DNA of 64,000 bases from assembly GCA_965209035.1 (NCBI GenBank), contig OZ242372.1, positions 2,016,001-2,080,000 of the forward strand, given 5' to 3'. A model generated the notes under the pieces. It saw only the letters and a program-made list of their open reading frames with translations, did no database searches and was not told the DNA's origin. Positions 1 to 10,120 of the stretch are shown here, piece after piece. The stretch comes from Gammaproteobacteria bacterium. GTDB lineage: Bacteria; Pseudomonadota; Gammaproteobacteria; CBDBNL01; JAAOII01. The first letter of the stretch is position 1. Every line of letters begins with the position of its first letter. The position numbers were made by a program, and so were the translations under genes.

Positions 1-869
1 TCCAACGGATCCGAGTCGTCCCGCCATGCTTGTTGATGCCAAGTCAGGAGAAGCTGTGAGCCGGCCTCATAATAGTATTTGAACTCCGTATCTTCCCATT
101 CAAGGGCAAGGTTAAAGTTTTGCGAGTTAACCGCGGGTGTTGATTCAATTTTGGTGCCGTTGGAGAATTCTCCGTCCGAAAACCTCAGAGAGGCCGGAGC
201 ATAGCCATAGGACAAGGAAAGTTGATCATTAATATGATGTTTGAGTCGCAGCCAGAAGAAACGAAAGATTTCCCGGGTGCGAAAAATCCACCTCTCTTTA
301 TCGTAGTTGTATATCCTGGCATCTCTGTTCCATAAAATAAAATCCAAATCAAACTTCCCGGCTGCATCGATGTACGGAATTCTAAAGAAAGTCGCATAGG
401 TATTTAAGTTACTGTCTAGTCCGCGATTGTAGAGCACGCCGATTTCATTGCCAACGCCGCCGAGATTGGTTTCGTATAACAACAAGCCGATCTTGTTGTC
501 CGCCGCTTCTTCGCTTTGCACATAACTGGGAAGAATAAGAAATGTCCATTTTTCTTTGACTACAATTGTGATCTTTTGCTCGTCATAGCGTGTAACCAGC
601 AGATCTTCCAGAAAATCTGCCTTATGAAGCAAGCATTGGCGCAGTTGTCGGATGGCCTCGGCAGTGCGAAATGTCGGGTCGGGGTCCTTGTTTATTTCTT
701 TTTGATCCCGACTTGCTATGCACCCTGTGGCAAGTTTTTGCAGATAACGCTCCTTGGTTCTTTTGTTGCCGGTAATTTCTATTTCGGCTGCCTTCAAGGG
801 CAGTATCCATACAAGCAAGCAAATAGGCAGTGCAAAACATCGCAGGACCTTGCCAAACAAGCCGCACAT
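1..869 (-). CDS. POTRA-domain / Omp85 (BamA/TamA-like) outer-membrane protein, partial (3' end runs off the window)
   Basis: Not in the ORF track. Manual translation from ATG 869 is open to the window edge: signal-peptide-like MCGLFGKVLRCFALPICLLVWILPLKAA, POTRA-like IEITGNKRTKERYL and ITIVVKEKWTFLILP, then alternating beta-strand-like sequence. Confidence 0.6.
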   Translation of the reverse strand, partial: MCGLFGKVLRCFALPICLLVWILPLKAAEIEITGNKRTKERYLQKLATGCIASRDQKEINKDPDPTFRTAEAIRQLRQCLLHKADFLEDLLVTRYDEQKITIVVKEKWTFLILPSYVQSEEAADNKIGLLLYETNLGGVGNEIGVLYNRGLDSNLNTYATFFRIPYIDAAGKFDLDFILWNRDARIYNYDKERWIFRTREIFRFFWLRLKHHINDQLSLSYGYAPASLRFSDGEFSNGTKIESTPAVNSQNFNLALEWEDTEFKYYYEAGSQLLLTWHQQAWRDDSDPL

Positions 870-875
870 ATGGTG

Positions 876-2147
876 TTAGGAGAACGCCGGAAGTTGCTTC
901 TTGACTTGTTGTTTTGACAAGGTGGACGCGGCCGGAATACCGTTTTTTTGGTATACGGGATATCGTTCGCCCCAGATCAGAGGAGCATAGTAAGCATATG
1001 CCTCCGCGGTCATGTTATAGCCGTCCGCGGTCAGGTAGTTGTCCGGCAGTGTTTTCTTGTAATTCGCAATGCGATCAAGTGAAACATGCCCTGTTTCCCA
1101 ACGAAAGGGGGAGTCGCTCCGGCGTTCTATGGTTACCATCACTGATTTTTTTCCTTCCAAGGCAAGTTGGACGGCCCGAGTGCCTACCCGTTGAGCCATC
1201 TCATAATCGGTGTTGCTGACCAGATGGCCGGCGGCACGCTGCATGTAGCAGGGAATTGCCAGTTGATACTTGTATCCGAGAACGGTTTTAATATTTTGTG
1301 CCAAAACGATGCCGACTCCGCCGAGTTGTTGATGACCAAAATCATCCGAGACAGTCTGACTTGCGTGCAGATAATCTCCGTTTGGGTCTCGCAAACCTTC
1401 GGATGTGACGATGACGCAGTAACCGATTTTCTTGACCCAAGCATCCACTTTGTTTAGGAATTCCGACATTTGCAGCGGTCGTTCCGGCACCAGAGTGATG
1501 TGTGGCGGGTCTTCTGCCTGTTTTTTTATTAAGACACCGCTGCCTGCCAACCAGCCGCTGTCTCTGCCCATGGTTTCCATGATAAACACTTTGGTGGATG
1601 TTCCGCAAATGGAGACCACGTCGGCACTACTCTCACGCAGAGATACAGCCAGATACTTTGCCGCCGAGCCGAAGCCCGGCGATGTGTCCGTGTGGATCAG
1701 ATCGTTGTCGATGGTTTTTGGAATACCGATACAACAGACTTCCATTCCCCGTTGTTCGCAATAACGGGCAATTTTGTCGGAAGTGTCTTGGGAGTCGTTT
1801 CCCCCGTTGTAGAAGAAGTAGCCGATATTGTGCGCTTTAAATACTTCATACATACGACGATATTCTTTGTCGTTTTTGGCGGCGTCTTGTAACTTGTATC
1901 GGCAGGTGCCAAAAAACGCACCCGGGACATTTGCGACAGAACGCAGATCCTCTTCCGGTTCCGGAGTGACATCGTAGAGTGCTTCGTTTAAGACGCCGGT
2001 AATTCCGCCGGCAGCGGCATAAGTGTTTTTTATATGTTCGGGGTGTTTGCGCGCCTCACCCAACAGGGCGGCGGCGGTCACATTGATGACCGCGGTGGCG
2101 CCGCCGGATTGGGCGTACAAAATGTTTGCGGGAAGGGATTTTTTCAT
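876..2147 (-). CDS. pfp: 6-phosphofructokinase, probably PPi-dependent
   Basis: QSGG, GGNDS, PKTIDND and ETMGR motifs of the PfkA family. Asp in GGND suggests the PPi-type enzyme. Confidence 0.85.
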   Translation of the reverse strand: MKKSLPANILYAQSGGATAVINVTAAALLGEARKHPEHIKNTYAAAGGITGVLNEALYDVTPEPEEDLRSVANVPGAFFGTCRYKLQDAAKNDKEYRRMYEVFKAHNIGYFFYNGGNDSQDTSDKIARYCEQRGMEVCCIGIPKTIDNDLIHTDTSPGFGSAAKYLAVSLRESSADVVSICGTSTKVFIMETMGRDSGWLAGSGVLIKKQAEDPPHITLVPERPLQMSEFLNKVDAWVKKIGYCVIVTSEGLRDPNGDYLHASQTVSDDFGHQQLGGVGIVLAQNIKTVLGYKYQLAIPCYMQRAAGHLVSNTDYEMAQRVGTRAVQLALEGKKSVMVTIERRSDSPFRWETGHVSLDRIANYKKTLPDNYLTADGYNMTAEAYAYYAPLIWGERYPVYQKNGIPAASTLSKQQVKKQLPAFS

Positions 2148-2221
2148 AGTTTGATCACGGCTTTATCATTTCAGGTTTTCGCAGGTTTACGGTCTTGTTT
2201 TTGAACTTTTACGAATTTTTA

Positions 2222-3145
2222 TCAGAATGCCTCTCGCAGCCATCTGCATATGTGAAAGTTCAGAAGCGTTTCATTAAGAGTGTAAAAATGAAAATCACGC
2301 ACGCCTTCTTCCGTTAGTCGGGTGATCTGATGGCTGAGAATGTTCATTGCCAGAAGTTTGCGGTCCAATGTATCGTCCGTAATCTCTTCATACATTCTTA
2401 ACAGGAAATCCGGGATACTCACGCGACACTTTTGGGCGAACGTGCAAACTTTGGAAAAGTTAAGTATCGGTAAGATGCCGGGAATGACCGGCTTGGTGAT
2501 GCCGGCCGCGGTAACCTTGTCACGAAATCTTAGAAAGATTTCGGGGTCCAAAAAAAACTGGGTGATTGCCCGATGGGCGCCGGCATTTAGCTTTTCTTTG
2601 AGGTATTGGATATCTTGCCGGGATGATGATGCTTCCGGATGGGTTTCCGGATAGGCGGCCACACTGATATCAAAACCGTCGCTTTCCGCCAGCATTTCGA
2701 CCAGCGCGACAGCCTGCGTTAATCCGCCTTTCTTTGAAGGCTGATTTGAGGGCATGGCGGTCGATGCCTTGGGGGGGTCGCCGCGCAACGCAACCACTTG
2801 ACAGAGATGCTGTTTTTTGTAGTTTGTGATTTCCGCGCGCATCGCTGCGGGGGTTTTATTCAAACAGGTCATATGCGCCGCCGGCTTGCCGCCGAGTTCG
2901 CGCACCTTAATGCAGGTTTCTTCGGTAAGACGTGCGGTGTTTCCAAAAGCACCGCAGGTGACGCTGATGAAGGTAGGCTTGAGTTTGCAAAAAACCTCCA
3001 CGGCATGCCAATGCTGTTTTAGTTTCTGCGGATCATGGGGCGGGAAAATTTCCAAACTGTAATTGATGCCATTCCCGTGCCCATTCTCATTTCCATTTCC
3101 ATTTCCATTTCCATTTCGATGCCTATTTCTGTCGGGTTCAGACAT
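2222..3145 (-). CDS. metF: 5,10-methylenetetrahydrofolate reductase
   Basis: SLEIFPP, ALRGDPP, AAYPETHPE, AITQFF and HFYTLN motifs. Start taken at ATG 3145, which overlaps the metE end. Confidence 0.95.
   Translation of the reverse strand: MSEPDRNRHRNGNGNGNGNENGHGNGINYSLEIFPPHDPQKLKQHWHAVEVFCKLKPTFISVTCGAFGNTARLTEETCIKVRELGGKPAAHMTCLNKTPAAMRAEITNYKKQHLCQVVALRGDPPKASTAMPSNQPSKKGGLTQAVALVEMLAESDGFDISVAAYPETHPEASSSRQDIQYLKEKLNAGAHRAITQFFLDPEIFLRFRDKVTAAGITKPVIPGILPILNFSKVCTFAQKCRVSIPDFLLRMYEEITDDTLDRKLLAMNILSHQITRLTEEGVRDFHFYTLNETLLNFHICRWLREAF
3080..3118. repeat. CCATTT hexamer microsatellite encoding an (NG)n tract at the MetF N-terminus
   Basis: Sequence catttccatttccatttccatttccattt; protein RNGNGNGNGNENGHGNG. 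Confidence 0.8.
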
Positions 3146-5444
3146 GTTGTTTGCGCATTGTTTTTGCCGCCGCAACCATATTTTTCAACGCGGGTGTGCA
3201 TTCTTTCCAGTGGCGGGTTTTCAGACCGCAATCCGGATTAACCCACAGGCGTCGCGGGTCAATTCTTTTTGCCGCCAATCTTAGCAGTTCCTCCATAGAT
3301 GCTTCGTTCGGGATTAAAGGCGAATGGATGTCGTAAACACCGGGACCTATATCGTTGGGATACTTAAATGTATCAAACACATTTAAGAGTTCCATTTTGG
3401 AACGAGAGCATTCAATGGAAATCACATCCGCATCCAACTTGGCTATGGAATCAATGATGTCATTGAACTCGCTGTAACACATGTGGGAGTGAATTTGTGT
3501 TTCGTCTTTGGCAACCGAAGAGGCAAGACGGAACGAGGCAACCGCCCAGTCCAAATATTCCGGCCAGTCGCTTTTACGCAAAGGCAGTCCTTCGCGCAAT
3601 GCGGGCTCGTCTATTTGAATGATGCACAGACCATTTTTTTCCAGATCCGCAACCTCATCGCGTAATGCCAATCCCAGTTGGGATGCGGTCTGTTTTCTCG
3701 GGACATCGTCGCGCACAAAAGACCAGCACAGAATGGTGACAGGGCCTGTGAGCATTGCTTTCATCGGTCGGTCGGTCAGGCTTTGCGCATAAACCGACCA
3801 GTCCACGGTCATCTGTTTGGGGCGCGAGATATCGCCGTAAATGATCGGCGGCTTGACGCATCTTGAGCCGTAACTTTGCACCCAGCCATTGGCCGTGATT
3901 GCCGTGCCGTCCAACAACTCACCAAAATACTCAACCATGTCGTTGCGTTCCGGTTCGCCGTGGACCAAAACATCCAATTGCATTTCCAGTTGTTTGTCCA
4001 CAACACTTTTGATTTCGGCACGCATGGCTTCCCGATAATTTTCGCGGTCCAGCCGGCCGCGTTTAAATTCACCGCGGAGGCGGCGGATCTCCGCGGTTTG
4101 CGGGAAGGATCCGATGGTGGTGGTCGGAAAGTTGGGCAGATTGAGAACCTTGCGTTGCAGTTCGCTGCGTTCGGTAAATGCCGAATTCCTTTGCATCATC
4201 GCCGGGGTGATCCGTTGCATCCTCTCGGCAACATCCTGTTTGTGAATTCGGCCGGAACTCCGACGAGAGGCAATTGCCCGGTCCGCCGATTCGGTTGCCT
4301 TTTGGACATCCGGGTCTTTTGGGTCCGACATTCCTTTGCCAAGGCCCTTACCAAGGACAGACACTTCCTTGCATTTTTGAACGGCAAAAGCGAACCAATC
4401 GCAGATCTCCGGATCCGCAAAGGTGTTGCTTTCACTTTCCAGGTCCACCGGGCAGTGCATGAGTGAGCAGGAGGAGCCGACCCACAGGTTGTTGCGCTTG
4501 CCGGCATGCTCGCGGAGTTGGGTGAGCATATTACTTAAATTGGCACGCCAGATATTTCTGCCGTCTATTGCCCCGACCGATAACACCTGTTCGTCCGGCT
4601 GTGTGTCGGCGAGAAGTTTCCATTCTTCGCCGCAAATCGCATCCAGATGTATTCCGGCTACGGGAAGTTGTTTCAAAAGATCAAGGTTGTCGCGCAGTTC
4701 GCCGAAATATACGGTGAGTAGCAAGGACGGGGATTCGTTTGAATCCAACGTCGCGTATACTTGCCGAAATGCCTCCTTCCAATCGTTATTGAGATCTAAC
4801 GCCAGAATCGGCTCGTCTATTTGGACCCACTCAACTCCGAGTTGTTTAATTTTTGCGAGGAGTTCGCCGTAAAAAACCGTTAACTTGCTTAACAGAGTTA
4901 ACTTGTCAAACGCGTCGCCGTTTTGGTCGTTACATTTGGCAAGCCATAAGTAAGTCAGCGGGCCTGTCAGAACCGCCTTTACTTTGTGACCTTCTTTTCG
5001 GGCTTCCGATATTTCATTGAGCAGAGGAGCATAAGAAAGAGAGAACTCCTGGTCTTTGTTCAGTTCCGGCACTATGTAATGATAGTTGGTGTTAAACCAT
5101 TTGGTCATCTCGCAGGCGTGTGCGTCCTTGCCGCTTGGGGCACGGCCGCGTGCCATGCGAAACATCGTATCCAATCCCGGTGTCTCGTCGTTTGCAAATC
5201 TTGCCGGGATGACCCCCGCCATGAGCGAAAGATTAAGCATATGATCATACCAGGCGAAGTCGCCGACGGTCACATAATCCAGGCCTGACTTGGCTTGGAT
5301 ATTCCAATTGGTTTTACGAATTTCCGCTCCCTGTGTGTGCAGTTGATCCGCATTGATTTTACCGCTCCAATAGGCTTCCAAAGATTTTTTATATTCTCTG
5401 TTCGGGCCCAGACGCGGAAAACCGAGTATGTGTGTTTTAAGCAT
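3138..5444 (-). CDS. metE: Cobalamin-independent methionine synthase
   Basis: EMTKWFNTNYHY, PTTTIGSFPQT, HMCYSEF and WVNPDCGLKTR motifs; 768 aa. Confidence 0.98.
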   Translation of the reverse strand: MLKTHILGFPRLGPNREYKKSLEAYWSGKINADQLHTQGAEIRKTNWNIQAKSGLDYVTVGDFAWYDHMLNLSLMAGVIPARFANDETPGLDTMFRMARGRAPSGKDAHACEMTKWFNTNYHYIVPELNKDQEFSLSYAPLLNEISEARKEGHKVKAVLTGPLTYLWLAKCNDQNGDAFDKLTLLSKLTVFYGELLAKIKQLGVEWVQIDEPILALDLNNDWKEAFRQVYATLDSNESPSLLLTVYFGELRDNLDLLKQLPVAGIHLDAICGEEWKLLADTQPDEQVLSVGAIDGRNIWRANLSNMLTQLREHAGKRNNLWVGSSCSLMHCPVDLESESNTFADPEICDWFAFAVQKCKEVSVLGKGLGKGMSDPKDPDVQKATESADRAIASRRSSGRIHKQDVAERMQRITPAMMQRNSAFTERSELQRKVLNLPNFPTTTIGSFPQTAEIRRLRGEFKRGRLDRENYREAMRAEIKSVVDKQLEMQLDVLVHGEPERNDMVEYFGELLDGTAITANGWVQSYGSRCVKPPIIYGDISRPKQMTVDWSVYAQSLTDRPMKAMLTGPVTILCWSFVRDDVPRKQTASQLGLALRDEVADLEKNGLCIIQIDEPALREGLPLRKSDWPEYLDWAVASFRLASSVAKDETQIHSHMCYSEFNDIIDSIAKLDADVISIECSRSKMELLNVFDTFKYPNDIGPGVYDIHSPLIPNEASMEELLRLAAKRIDPRRLWVNPDCGLKTRHWKECTPALKNMVAAAKTMRKQHV

Positions 5445-5508
5445 TATTAGTAGTTTGTCTTTTTGTGTTTTTGATAATAATAAAACTGTAATGCGGCTTA
5501 TTTAAGCT

Positions 5509-6138
5509 TTAAGCCGCGCGTGCTCTTTTTTGCCGCAAATAACGAATCCCGCGATAAGTTTCCAAAAGAAGCAGCGGTGTGAAGTGCACCGCAGCGGGGC
5601 CTATGCCTTCGCCGTCTTTCAGTAATAACCAGTGCAAGGCGGTTGCGATTGCGGACACATACACCAGACGGTGCAGATTCTTCCAAGGGACACCGCCTAA
5701 CTTTCTGACAGCCCAATCGGCGCTGGTGACCGCCAGGGGAGTAAAAATGACAAAGGCGACCCAGCCGGCAATGATACGCGGTTGGCTGATTTCTTCGGCG
5801 ATGCCTGCAATTTGGTGTTCTAATATATAGGCGGTCACATGCGTGAGTGCCAGACAGAAGGCACCAACACCGAAATAACGCCGGTGCCGTGCCATCCATT
5901 GCACGATACGACTTTTGGGAAAAACGAGTCTCAGCGGCGATACCAGCATGGCGAGAATCATCAGACGAATGGCACTCTCGCCGCTTGTATGCATCAATTC
6001 TTTGAATTCTCGCGCCGAAAACGGGTAATTAAAAAGTTGCAGAACGGGAGACAAAGCCAGCAGGGCAATGAGAATCCATAAAAAATACTTGCCGGAGACA
6101 TATTTACCGAATACCGGGGGAAAAAAGTTGCTCATCAT
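5509..6138 (-). CDS. msrQ: Ferric-reductase-like heme membrane subunit (MsrQ/YedZ family)
   Basis: Multiple TM segments; RRYFGV, H...Y, PLAVTS and WKNLHRLVY motifs. Confidence 0.8.
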   Translation of the reverse strand: MMSNFFPPVFGKYVSGKYFLWILIALLALSPVLQLFNYPFSAREFKELMHTSGESAIRLMILAMLVSPLRLVFPKSRIVQWMARHRRYFGVGAFCLALTHVTAYILEHQIAGIAEEISQPRIIAGWVAFVIFTPLAVTSADWAVRKLGGVPWKNLHRLVYVSAIATALHWLLLKDGEGIGPAAVHFTPLLLLETYRGIRYLRQKRARAA

Positions 6139-6238
6139 TTTTTATTATTATAATCGGAAAGATTGAGTTTGCACTTGCTTAAACCCAAAATGCAGCCGTA
6201 AACAGAAACGACAGAGCCTTATAAGATAACACCAAAAG

Positions 6239-6326
6239 TGTATCATCCCACCCGGCCGGCACTTTTGGCATCATCCCGGCAAGGTTTTGAAATCGGAGTG
6301 TGGTGCATCCTCAGATCAAAGAGCCG
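6239..6326 (+). mobile_element. Left-end remnant (IRL plus adjacent sequence) of the local IS481-family element
   Basis: TGTATCATCCCACCC...ACTTTTG is an imperfect reverse complement of the right end seen at 37930 and 45655. The following sequence (aaggtt..tcctcagatcaa) matches 44360-44420. Confidence 0.7.
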
Positions 6327-6335
6327 CCGAAATAG

Positions 6336-7055
6336 GGTGTGAATTCAACCCTCCGGTGCAACACGGGTTACTAAATTATAATCCACTCCGGTCTCTGCTG
6401 AAAAGACCTCGGCGGGTGTTCTAAATCCGAGTCGCTTGCGCGGTCGTTGATTAAGTCGGTGAATGACCCAAGGCAGTTTCTGTCGGCTCTGTTCATTCAG
6501 TGGTGCCGCGCTCCCGGCTGTGATAGGGACGCGCGCAGTAAGTATTGCAGCCTAACTGCTCGGCGACTTGCCGATGCCCGCAGAACTCTTTCCCGTTGTC
6601 AAAGGTGAGGGTATGCGTCCGCGCGCGTAACGAGTAAAATAAATTCACGATCGCGGCACCGATGGTTTCCTTGGTGCGGTCTTTGAGATAGGCACTCAAA
6701 GTGATGCCGGTTTTGCGCTCAACCGGAGTGGGTAAGGAGCCGCTCCGGTTGCTACCATGCATGGTGTCCGCTTCCCGGTGCCCGGTGTTCTTTCGGCTTT
6801 CTACCTCGGCCGGTCTTTCCTCCAATGCCAACCCGCCCGTGGATCTGCCCGCGGCCGGCGTTGGTGCCACCCCGACAACGTTTCCGCTTACCTTGAGGAC
6901 GTAGGTGCCGATACCAGGCGCCGCCATGGCGTTTATCCGACCAGAGCCATTGATAAATGGTCTCAGCCGAGACACAATCGGTCCCTTGGCGCCGCAACGT
7001 TTGGCTGATCTGCTCCGGACGCCACTCCTGAGCGAGTCGCCGGGTGATCGACCGG
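6336..7055 (-). pseudogene. IS30-family transposase remnant, frameshifted and truncated
   Basis: Pieces in different frames: VSAETIYQW, RHLR..GK, VERKTG, LTFDNGKEF, ARPYHSRERGT. IS30-like terminus gttgcac..gttgaattcacacc near 6337. Confidence 0.85.
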
Positions 7056-7099
7056 AGCCCCTTTTTTTAGTTACTTGAATTTACAGTTAGAGTAAAGCA

Positions 7100-7410
7100 A
7101 TCCGGGCGGTAAACCCGCCGCCCCGACACTTCGGTGTCATCTAATCTAATAATCTAACAAATCTGCCTAACTAACTCATCCGCCCACCCGCCCGGTGCTT
7201 CGGCAACCGAACGATCGAACAAAGCACTGTTACAATCACCGACATCATCCGCCCGTCCATCTGCCCGTCCGGGCAAGATCACCGGTTTGTGCTGAATGCG
7301 TCGGACCCTAATTCGTGCGGGCAATATCAAACTGTCAAACTGTCCGGCATCCCCGCTATGCACTCCGGCAACTCCCACAGATCCCACAGATGCGCTTCGG
7401 GCAGCAACAC
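7100..7410 (+). other. Non-coding region with UUCG-capped hairpins and micro-duplications; possible structured RNA
   Basis: GACAC-TTCG-GTGTC (7125-7138), TGC-TTCG-GCA (7196-7205), a third CTTCGG at ~7395, and duplicated caaactgt and cccacaga. Confidence 0.25.
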
Positions 7411-7534
7411 GCAAAAACATAAGAGCCGAAAACCGAGTGGGATGGGATAATTGCCTGTGCAAAGAGATAAATTGTTATAAAATGACTTACTATGGACTAC
7501 CGGAAAAATGAAATAACAAACTTGTTGGGTTGGA

Positions 7535-8971
7535 ATGATGCATAGAAATAGGAACGGGAACGCAAAAACTCTTTACGATAAGTTGTGGGATATGCACTGT
7601 GTTACCAAGCGAGAAGACGGATATATCCTTCTGTATATCGATCGTCATTTCGTTCACGAAGTCACCTCGCCTCAGGCTTTTGAAGGACTGAAGTTGGCGG
7701 GTCGCCGACCCTGGCGTATCAATTCCATCTTGGCTACAGCCGACCATGCCGTACCGACAGACAAGCGAGAACTTGGTATGAAAGGAGTGACGGATGCAAC
7801 TTCCAAGATTCAAATAGAAACCCTGAATGACCACTGTGATTTTTACAAAATACGCAATCTGGGTCTTCTGTCGCCGGAGCAAGGAATCGTCCATACTATC
7901 GGACCGGAATTGGGGGCGACCTTGCCGGGAATGACGATTGTGTGCGGTGATTCACACACTTCCACACACGGCGCACTTGGCACTCTGGCGATGGGGATAG
8001 GCACTTCCGAAGTGGAACATGTGCTGGCAACTCAGTGTTTGGCAACGCGCAAGATGAAGAACATGCGTATTAGGATTGACGGGCAGTTACCCGCAGGCTC
8101 TTATGCAAAAGATGTGATTTTGGCAATTATCGGCAAGATCGGCACAGCGGGCGGAACCGGCTATGCGATTGAATATGCGGGCGATACGATCCGCCATTTG
8201 TCCGTGGAAAGTCGGATGACGATCTGCAACATGTCCATAGAAGCGGGAGCCAGAGTTGGGTTGGTTGCGGTGGACGACAAAACTCTGGATTATGTCCGGG
8301 GACGCAAGTACGCACCGGCAGGCGAAAACTGGCGCAAGGCGACGGACTTTTGGAACAGACTGCACAGCGACGAGAACGCGGTGTTTGACAGAGAGGAGGA
8401 GCTGCGTGCCGAAGAGATTAAGCCGCAGATTACCTGGGGGACCTCGCCGGAAATGGTTGTTTCCATAGAAGACAAGATTCCCGGCAAGGAAGAAACCGAA
8501 AGCGAGGATCAGGTCCGAGCATTGGAAAGGGCATTGGAATATATGAATCTAAAGCCGGGCACCAAGATGCAAGACATTAAACCGGACAAAATTTTCATCG
8601 GCTCTTGCACCAATTCTCGTATTGAGGATCTGCGTGTTGCCGCGCAGATCTTGAAAGGCAAAAAGGTTGCGGGCAGCATCAAACAGGCCCTGGTTGTCCC
8701 GAGTTCGGGTATGGTAAAAAAACAGGCGGAAGCGGAAGGGTTGGACAGAATATTTACCGAAGCCGGTATGGAATGGCGCAGCCCCGGTTGTTCAATGTGT
8801 TTGGGAATGAATCCGGATCAACTGGGCGGCGGCGAAAGATGCGCTTCCACTTCCAACCGAAACTTTGAAGGAAGGCAGGGAGCGGGCGGACGCACTCATC
8901 TTGTCAGTCCGGCCATGGCGGCACTTGCCGCTATTCGGGGACGCTTTGATGATATTCGGGAAGTCTTGTAA
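7535..8971 (+). CDS. leuC: 3-isopropylmalate dehydratase large subunit
   Basis: [41 protein letters not shown] and [12 protein letters not shown] motifs. Confidence 0.98.
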   Translation: MMHRNRNGNAKTLYDKLWDMHCVTKREDGYILLYIDRHFVHEVTSPQAFEGLKLAGRRPWRINSILATADHAVPTDKRELGMKGVTDATSKIQIETLNDHCDFYKIRNLGLLSPEQGIVHTIGPELGATLPGMTIVCGDSHTSTHGALGTLAMGIGTSEVEHVLATQCLATRKMKNMRIRIDGQLPAGSYAKDVILAIIGKIGTAGGTGYAIEYAGDTIRHLSVESRMTICNMSIEAGARVGLVAVDDKTLDYVRGRKYAPAGENWRKATDFWNRLHSDENAVFDREEELRAEEIKPQITWGTSPEMVVSIEDKIPGKEETESEDQVRALERALEYMNLKPGTKMQDIKPDKIFIGSCTNSRIEDLRVAAQILKGKKVAGSIKQALVVPSSGMVKKQAEAEGLDRIFTEAGMEWRSPGCSMCLGMNPDQLGGGERCASTSNRNFEGRQGAGGRTHLVSPAMAALAAIRGRFDDIREVL

Positions 8972-9004
8972 ACCGGAACGCTAGTTCTTTTTAAATTTTT
9001 TCCT

Positions 9005-10108
9005 GTGCTACTTAGCATCATTCTGCCAACCTATCGGGAGGCGGGAAATCTTTCGCCTATGTGTCGGCAGATCTCCGCTGAGATGCAAAAAGGCGGCTTG
9101 GGGTTAAAGGATTATGAGATTCTCGTAATGGACGATTGCTCCGACGATGGCTCGGCACAGGAATGCGATGAACTGCAAAAAGACGGGATCCCGCTTCGGT
9201 TCGTTGAACGCAAGCAGCAACAGCGCGGGCTTTCGCCTGCCGTGCTTGACGGACTAAAAATCTGCCGGGGTGAATACTGCTGTGTGATGGACGCGGATAT
9301 GTCGCATCCTGCGGATGCGATCTTGCCGATGCTGCAAAAAATGCGGGCCGGCGAAGCGGACTTTTGTCTTGGCTCGCGTTATACCAAAGGCGGTCGCATT
9401 GACGAAAACTGGACACGGCGGCGTCTTTTAATGTCCCGCTTTGCCACTTTTCTTTCACTGCCACTGATTAGGGTTGCTGATCCAATGAGCGGTTTCTTCA
9501 TACTGGCAAAGGCTTCCATGCCTTCCAATCACGAATTGTCGCCGCTCGGGTACAAAATTGCTTTGGAGTTGCTTGTCAAGGGGAACTATCGCAAGGTTTA
9601 CGAGCATCCGATTTACTTCCGTAATCGTCTCTATGGAGAAAGCAAGATGGGCGTGCGCGAACAGTTTTTATATTTACAGCATCTTCGCCGACTTTACAAA
9701 GCCAGGTATCCCGTTATGTCGGAATTTGTGCATTTTGGTTTGGTGGGTGGCAGTGGCTTTGTTGTGGATGTTGCCCTTTATTACATATTTCAGTTCTTTT
9801 TTAACATCAATCATATTGCCGCCCGCGCCCTTTCGTTTTGGGGGGCGTCCACTTGGAATTGGTACTGGAATCGCACGATCACATTTTCCGATTATTTCAA
9901 ATCCATGCCTTTGACACAATGGATCAGCTTTGTGGCAGTCAGTCTGTTCGGTTTTTTAATTAATTGGGGGTCCTATGTGCTGCTGACCGGTAATATTCAC
10001 TTTTTTGAGATCAACAAACTTGTGGCGTTAATGCTGGGTGTGATAGCCGGTCTCGGTTTTAACTTCATGTTTTCGCGCATTTTTATTTTTAGGCATTTGG
10101 AAGACTAA
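9005..10108 (+). CDS. Polyprenol-phosphate glycosyltransferase (GT2, Dpm1-like) fused to a C-terminal GtrA-like domain
   Basis: IILPTYRE, DDCSDDGS, VMDADMSHP, DPMSGFF and R.YGESK motifs. C-terminal 4-TM region FGLVGGSGFVVD...NF.FSR..IF. Confidence 0.85.
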   Translation: MLLSIILPTYREAGNLSPMCRQISAEMQKGGLGLKDYEILVMDDCSDDGSAQECDELQKDGIPLRFVERKQQQRGLSPAVLDGLKICRGEYCCVMDADMSHPADAILPMLQKMRAGEADFCLGSRYTKGGRIDENWTRRRLLMSRFATFLSLPLIRVADPMSGFFILAKASMPSNHELSPLGYKIALELLVKGNYRKVYEHPIYFRNRLYGESKMGVREQFLYLQHLRRLYKARYPVMSEFVHFGLVGGSGFVVDVALYYIFQFFFNINHIAARALSFWGASTWNWYWNRTITFSDYFKSMPLTQWISFVAVSLFGFLINWGSYVLLTGNIHFFEINKLVALMLGVIAGLGFNFMFSRIFIFRHLED

Positions 10109-10120
10109 GGCAACATTAAA

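Noticed and set aside
5445-5508. SAM or cobalamin riboswitch upstream of metE
   Set aside because: Only ~60 bp of AT-rich intergenic DNA, with no recognisable aptamer.
7139-7180. CTA-rich tract as a leucine attenuator leader for leuC
   Set aside because: I found no start codon with an open run of Leu codons, stops interrupt the frames, and there is no terminator with a U-tract before leuC.
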